Shown piece by piece: positions 31,401-35,615 of a DNA stretch of 35,615 nucleotides. The notes beneath the pieces were generated by a model. The model was given only the letters and a program-made list of their open reading frames with translations, was not told the DNA's origin and searched no databases. The stretch comes from Spongospora subterranea f. sp. subterranea. Lineage: Eukaryota. Location: contig JAUGWO010000057.1 in the NCBI GenBank assembly GCA_049724395.1, forward strand, positions 124,001 to 159,615, in the 5' to 3' direction. Positions within the stretch are counted from its first letter, which is position 1. Each line of letters starts with the position of its first letter. The translations under genes were made by a program, and so were the position numbers.

Positions 31401-33299
31401 AGAGGAGCAATAGTGGATTGCTAAAACTGATCGGATTGACAGATTTGGCGCGCCAATATCGGATTTGTTCGACACGTCGTCAATATTAGGGAACTTCAAC
31501 GTTCCTGTCGCCAGCTTCCCAGAAAGTCAACAACCGTATCTGCATCTGGCCCAGATTCTCTGCCATTGTGATGGGGCTTGGATAGAAGGTGATCTGATTG
31601 TTGTGGGTTCCCAATATAATCAGGAACCTGAGAGTCATTTTGATGGTTGTTGATAGTCGACGAGTGCAAATTTCGCCCGAAGATTGATTGTCCGAGCTCT
31701 CACCGCAGTCTCAGCATTGTCACTTTCTGTATCGATTTGATCATGATAATGCTTGCCGCGCTGCCTATTTTGCCATAATCGTTTCGGTATGCTATTCAGA
31801 CCCAAATACAATCAGCTCAGACTCTCGTCGCAAACGATTTTTGTGGCGTTTGCAATCGGACCTGGAGCTGTTGAACTGGAACAGAGCCCGCACCCCCGAT
31901 GACTGTTTGTGCTATCATTTATAAAACGGCAGTTCGTCTTGATGTTCAGAGTTCCCCATTGTTCAATTTGGAATTATGAGAGTAGTGTGTATCAACGGCC
32001 TCATTCACTGTCAATCGAATACAATGGATGCGACGATTTTCTGTACAATCGGGGATCGATGAATTTTAGTGAAAGACGTTCATGTTTTGTTAAACACAAC
32101 ATTTTTTCAGTTAAGTCGGCGATAGCAATTTGAAACGGTCCATGACCACGTTATTTGTGATTGACAGAATGGAAATCAATATTTCTCATTAATCGTCCGG
32201 AAGACAATGACACGATAAACGTTGGACACAATCAAACAGCTCATCCTTCCACCAAGTGCACTTGGACGGTGGTACAGAAGTCTACCGCGACCCTACCGTC
32301 GGTGGGATCGGTTGAAGTGGCGCCACTTCACTAGCGCCATTATCATCAATCAACTGCTGTCCTGTGTCGTCGTCGATGCAGTTTGATATTCCAACGGGTC
32401 ATGTCTAACAGTTTCTGGAATCCTGGGGCTGTCCAGTACAGGGATTTCAATCTTCTCAGCAACATCACCTACATTGACCCATCTGATAGATATCTTAGGT
32501 GCATTTGGCAACTTTTGAAGGCGCTTTGGACGGTTTGGATGTAGGCAATCTAGAGGGGTTTCTTGCCATTGTAAGTGGGACCATTAGGAGCTCATAAAAG
32601 ACAAAATGGATCAGCACTCGTCTTTGCATTTGAGTACTGCGACGCTGGTGATCGACTTCCAATGTTATTCGCCAGGAAACCATGCTCTGGCTGAAAAATT
32701 GCCGATTAAGCATATGTTGCCACCGAATTTTAACGGTTTCAATGTGGTCAAATCGGCCCACGACAACTTCATGGATTTTTTTTTCGATCAGGAAATGTGC
32801 CCAGTTTATAGATTCAATAAGATTCCCAGCTCCACCATCAGCGCCAAGGGACCTTTGCTGCATTTGATGAATGGTTTTCAGCCAAATACTCTCCATCTCC
32901 AGTTTGTCGATACAACGTCAACTAGGTCAACCCTTTGATGACGTCAGATTAGCAGAAGTAGTTGATGGGGTTGACCAGGCGCAAATTTGACCGACCGCTG
33001 TGTGGAAATTGCCCGATCGAGTGCAGTTTCACCATTATGATTTTTGAGTGTGATTATTGTTGAAGACGCCACACCGAATATTCGCCAAATTTTCCTGAGA
33101 TATCAATTTAGCGGTGTTGATGTTTTGGACATATGTGTTGACAATGACCGGCCAAAAGGAATCAAGAAACCACCCAATCTCCCATAACGTTCCTTCATCT
33201 CATCCTGTTCCACAAAGAGGAACGGCGCCGCCTCAATCATATCGATAATGATCTGCTTACTCCTGTGAGATCTCTATCAGATATTTTGACAATATACAC

Positions 33300-35615
33300 A
33301 GAATAGCAGTCTACAGGTTATGATATATCGCCAGGTGCAGTGCTGTATTCCCATTAAGATCAGGGATAAGGGGATTGGCGCCTCTCTTCAACAAATACTT
33401 GACCACAAACTTTCTAGTATAACATTAGTTTAATTGAGGGGGCTGATCAGGGTCAGATACGAACTAGGACCAACCGATTACACTCAATAGCCCTATGAAG
33501 AAGTGTTGCCCCATCATTGCCCGCGTGATTGACATCAATATTTTCAATCATTGATATGATGATTTCGTCTGTCCTGTTGGCACATCATTGAGTATTTCAA
33601 CAAAATATGATGGTATTTGGACGATATACAATTCAGTTGGCATATGGGTGTGCAATGGTGTGTTCCCATTAGTGACTGCTATATTGGGATCGGCACCTTT
33701 CTCCAGAAGAATATGGACAATATCAAAACTGGAAATACAGAAACTCATTATTGAAGATGTGATCAGAACCAGATGAAAATTTCTACCAACCGTGCAAGAG
33801 AAACTGCCAGAAACAGAGCAGTTTGCCGTTTTTGGTTTCTAAAATTAATTATTTTTGACGACGCCTGACGGTTGACATCCCGGTCCCTGTGAAATCAGAT
33901 CATCGACTTCAATGATTTCGGCACACCCATCAACAATATACAGCCGATCTTGAACTTGATCTCCACTCGAACACACTGAGGGATCCGTCATCCCGTTTCA
34001 ACCCAGAATATCGGCCGTTCTTGGCTTGGCCACCTCAAGTATACATGCAATGGTCTCTCCACTTCTAAGAGATTCAACATGAGCCTTTTGGTGAAAATAA
34101 CAAGATTAAAGCAGTGTACAGATTATTCTCTATCGCCAGGTGCAGCGCCGTATTTCCTTTAGAATCAGCAATGATGGGGTTGGCGCCTCTCTTCAACAAT
34201 TTCATAACCAACACTTCCCTAACAAATCAGTGTTATTGAGGGGCCGATCAGTGTCCACACAAGGTCAATTGACCAACCGATGACACTCTATAGCAAAATG
34301 GAAAAGTAGTGGACCCATCATTGTACCGGTGGTTGATATCAATATTGTGTATCATTGATAAAATTGAATAGTCTGTGCTGTGAAAACATCAGTAAATGTT
34401 GGAGTGTTTGGTGAGATCTGTTTAATTCACAGAGTCAGATAGAAGAGTGTGCAATGGTGTATTCCATATGATCATTCTGCTATTGTGGGATCGGCACCGT
34501 TCTCCAACAGAAATCTGGGCGACATCAAAACTAGGGATACGAGAATTTAGTATTGAACTCGCTGATCAGTGCCTGAGAGAGGATTTTACCAACCGATCCA
34601 AACCGACTGCCAAAGAGAAAGCAGTTTGGTCATCATGGTTCATCGAATTGATAATATCGTCACACGAGAGAGCCATGATTTTGGTGACGAGATCTCTGTT
34701 TCTGTGAGATCAAATCAGGGCCTTAAATGTGCCAGAACGATATATGAGCAACATACAGGCTATTAAGCAATTGTTGAATAAAACACGCATAGAATCGTGT
34801 TGTCATAGGATTCTGGAGGACAAGGTGGATTGGTTTGGACCTCGCCGCTTCAATTATATCAATGATGATCTGGTCACTTCTGTAGAATATGAATAAGCTA
34901 TTTTGATCAATCATCAATTTGACTGTTTAACATACAGTCCATGCTCAATTGCCAGGTGAAGTGCTGAATCCCCATTCCAATCAGGAACGATAGGAGTGGC
35001 GCCTCTGTTCAACAGATGTTTGATCAAAACTTCCCTATATTTTCAGTTTACTTGATGCGCTGATCAATCTCCAACACTGATTAAGACCAACCGTTTGAAA
35101 AAAATGGCAAAATGGAGAAGATTGTTTCCACGGTAGTTGACATGGTTGACATCAATGTTTTCAATCAGCAAAATGATCATTTCGTCTGTCCTGCCAGCAC
35201 ATCAGTAAATATTTTAATATTTGTTAAGATTTGGAGACGTCTTGATCTCTTTTTGGCAAACGTTTGTGCAATGGTGAGTCCCCATAGTTATCCGATATAG
35301 TGGGATTGGCACCATTAAGAAAAGAATGTTGGCGATTTTACCACTGGACATACACAGACTCCATCATTGATGACTCCATCATTGATGTGGACGATTAGAA
35401 CAGGACAGTCATTCCGACCAACCTATAAAATTCGACTGCGATGCAGAAAGCAGTTTCCCCCTCATGATTCCTGAGGTTGGATTATTTCTAACATCCCTTC
35501 ACCGATGACATTTCGGCCCCTGTGAGATCAGATCAACAACTTCAAATGATTTCAAAACACCTATTGGGAAATCTCCGGCAATCATGAGTTATTGTGCCAC
35601 TGAAATACCAGAGGG
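33300..35615 (-). pseudogene. Three tandem ~810-bp ankyrin-repeat pseudogene copies (the last runs off the window)
   Basis: gccaggtg..g...ggcgcctct at ~33331, 34135 and 34951; tgcaatggtg at ~33651, 34450 and 35266; peptides VKYLLKRGANPLIPDLNGNTALHLA and IVHILLEKGADPNIAVTNGNTPLH; many stops. Confidence 0.85.

Noticed and set aside
28430..33250. Many short ORFs (60-130 aa) and a C/T/G homopolymer hairpin at ~29050
   Set aside because: No recognisable motifs or consistent strand; probably decayed genes, but not supportable from sequence alone.

Overview
Eukaryotic, repeat-rich accessory region with no bacterial operon structure, rRNA, tRNA or CRISPR. Short GT-AG introns (about 42-54 nt), small signal-peptide genes and ankyrin arrays suggest a protist or fungus-like organism, possibly a phytomyxid (inference only). 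The window is mostly decayed transposon pieces: several Ty1/copia and Ty3/gypsy fragments that often switch strand at junctions, a PIF/Harbinger remnant (transposase C-terminus plus Myb-like ORF) and a Ulp1/C48 protease. Apparently intact genes are two small secreted proteins and a GC-rich, intronless, bacterial-looking class 3 lipase. The most unusual structure is a ~2.2 kb foldback (3521-5725). Its arms are two converging 5' ends of a probable DNA transposon encoding a GCM/WRKY-like Zn domain, with a 13-bp subterminal array. The outer end of the right arm is displaced to ~8730 by a 3 kb insert, and the left arm carries Tc1/mariner-type excision footprints. Also present are a secreted-protein (pseudo)gene with intron-containing tandem units and three Cys/His/Trp-Gly modules, a dispersed unknown gene family with about 8 relics, and three tandem ankyrin pseudogenes. 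Boundaries of decayed elements are approximate, and all alignments were done by eye.
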